From Malacoraja senta (Eukaryota): 64,000 nucleotides of DNA. Positions within the stretch are counted from its first letter, which is position 1. Each line of letters starts with the position of its first letter. Below, piece after piece: positions 62,593 to 64,000 of the stretch. The position numbers and the translations under genes were made by a program. The notes under the pieces are model-generated. The model searched no databases and was not told where the DNA came from. It saw only the letters and a program-made list of their open reading frames with translations. The stretch lies in the NCBI GenBank assembly GCA_038087875.1, contig CM075992.1:9240001-9304000 (forward strand). The letters are read 5' to 3'.

Positions 62593-62721
62593 CCCATTTC
62601 CAGGAATATCTGTCGGAATTCAGTTCGAACTTTCATCAAGGGGTGGAGGTGTCCACACTCTGGAATGATGCCCAGGGCATCAAAGTTGTATGGCTTGAAC
62701 TTTCTCTCTTGCCATGAGCCA
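62593..62721 (-). CDS. FARSA: Phenylalanine--tRNA ligase alpha subunit, coding exon (129 bp; probably equivalent to human exon 6)
   Basis: Reads [43 protein letters not shown], including the class II motif 1 region. AG acceptor at 62723-62722 and GT donor at 62592-62591. Upstream exons lie beyond the window. Confidence 0.96.
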
Positions 62722-64000
62722 CTGTGGACAAAGTTTACACAGATGCAGCTTTATGATCTCAGCACAGCTTCAGCGATCGTTACGAGTCACAACCAAGGAA
62801 AGAAACTCATTTTGCTTATGGATCGAACCCGGTTCTCTTGCGCTGTAAGGCTGCGACTCTACCATTGCGGCAACTCTACTACTGCCCCAAATTAACACTC
62901 TGTGCCCCCTTGGGAAAAGTCACTGCAATCATCCACTGACGTGCTCGTGTCTGCCTCTCGAATATGAAGTGGTTTCCATCAAGGCTCAAGAGTCAATACT
63001 TTTAGTTACATAAACCCACAGAAAACCTATCAAGTGAATGTGCCCGATTTATTTGGATTAAAAACTTGGATTGTTTTCTCTACAGCGTGGAGGCTGAGTG
63101 AGGACCTGGTAGAAGTATTTAAAATGATGAGAGGCATATATATATATATAGAGGGTAGAGAGTCAGAACCTTTTTCCCCAGGGTGGAAATGTTAAAGACT
63201 AGAGGGCATTGTTTTAAGGTCAGAGCGGGAAGTTTAAAGGAGACATGCGAGGCAAGCTCTCTGTTACAGGCAGGGTGGTGGGTGCCTGGAACACACCGAC
63301 AGGGGTGGTGGAGGAGGCAGATACGATAGTGACATTTCACAGACTTTAGGATAGGCATGAGTGGATAGGCAGGGGATGGAGGGAGATGGATCACGTGCAG
63401 ACAGAGGAGATTAGTTTAACTTGACAACATGTTTGGCAAGGACATTGTGGGCTGAAGGGCTTGTTCTTGTGCTGTTCTGTTCTATGTTCTACTTCAGGAC
63501 AAAAGGAGTGACAGAGAATGAAAGTGAAAAAGAAACTCTTCAAACTAAGGGTGCAGTATTTGCCAAGTGCGAGTTTTGTAACTGCTCAGTTGATCAGTGG
63601 GGTCAAGGAAAGAGCACTCACGTCGCGGCCCTGTTTCCACCAATCTTTCTACCACCACGCACAAGAAGCGACAAGACAGACACCCATTGTATGCAGATGC
63701 CGAGAAGCAAAGATATCTTTGCCGAGAAGTGTGTTCAGCTCTGGCTGAACAACGTCTGATCTTGTGTGTGGACTCGATAAGAAGTTGATCAGTAGCCAAA
63801 ATGTGGAAACAATGATTGAATGATACATTATTGCCACATGTATCTAGGAACTGTGAAATGCTTTGTTTTCCTTACAACCCGGTAAAATCGTATGTGTTGA
63901 AAGAACTGCAGATGCTGGTTTAAATCGAAGGTAGACACAAAATGCTGGAGTGACTCAGCGGGACAGGCAGCATCTCTGGAGAGAAGGAATGGGTGACGTT

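Noticed and set aside
63545..63837. Cluster of ORFs as a possible further FARSA exon
   Set aside because: No resemblance to FARSA in the frames provided, and no clear exon boundaries.

Overview
This is vertebrate genomic DNA, most likely from a skate, ray or shark, judging by HE1/V-SINE-like SINEs and abundant CR1 and Penelope repeats. It holds two convergent spliced genes. The first is the 3' eight coding exons of FARSA (minus strand, 62721 to 24708). The second is a two-exon, 130-aa SMIM44-like single-pass membrane protein gene (plus strand, 12967-21334). Most of the remainder is transposon-derived: an L1 whose 5'UTR+ORF1 is inverted relative to ORF2; a CR1 with a 3x78-bp 5' monomer array, intact esterase ORF1 and internally deleted ORF2; a Rex1/Babar LINE; a very young gag-less Gypsy element nested in a DNA transposon nested in a Penelope fragment; five Harbinger-like MITEs; a hAT-like element with a 6-bp TSD; and about 20 tRNA/V-SINEs. 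The most unusual signal is a Penelope-derived unit carrying a minimal hammerhead-ribozyme-like motif. It occurs more than 20 times, often as fold-backs and sometimes as discrete ~90-100-bp insertions with their own TSDs. Other points of interest are a near-perfect 508-bp inverted duplication just past a FARSA splice donor and a perfect 40-bp hairpin. Most short ORFs in the track are repeat-derived noise.
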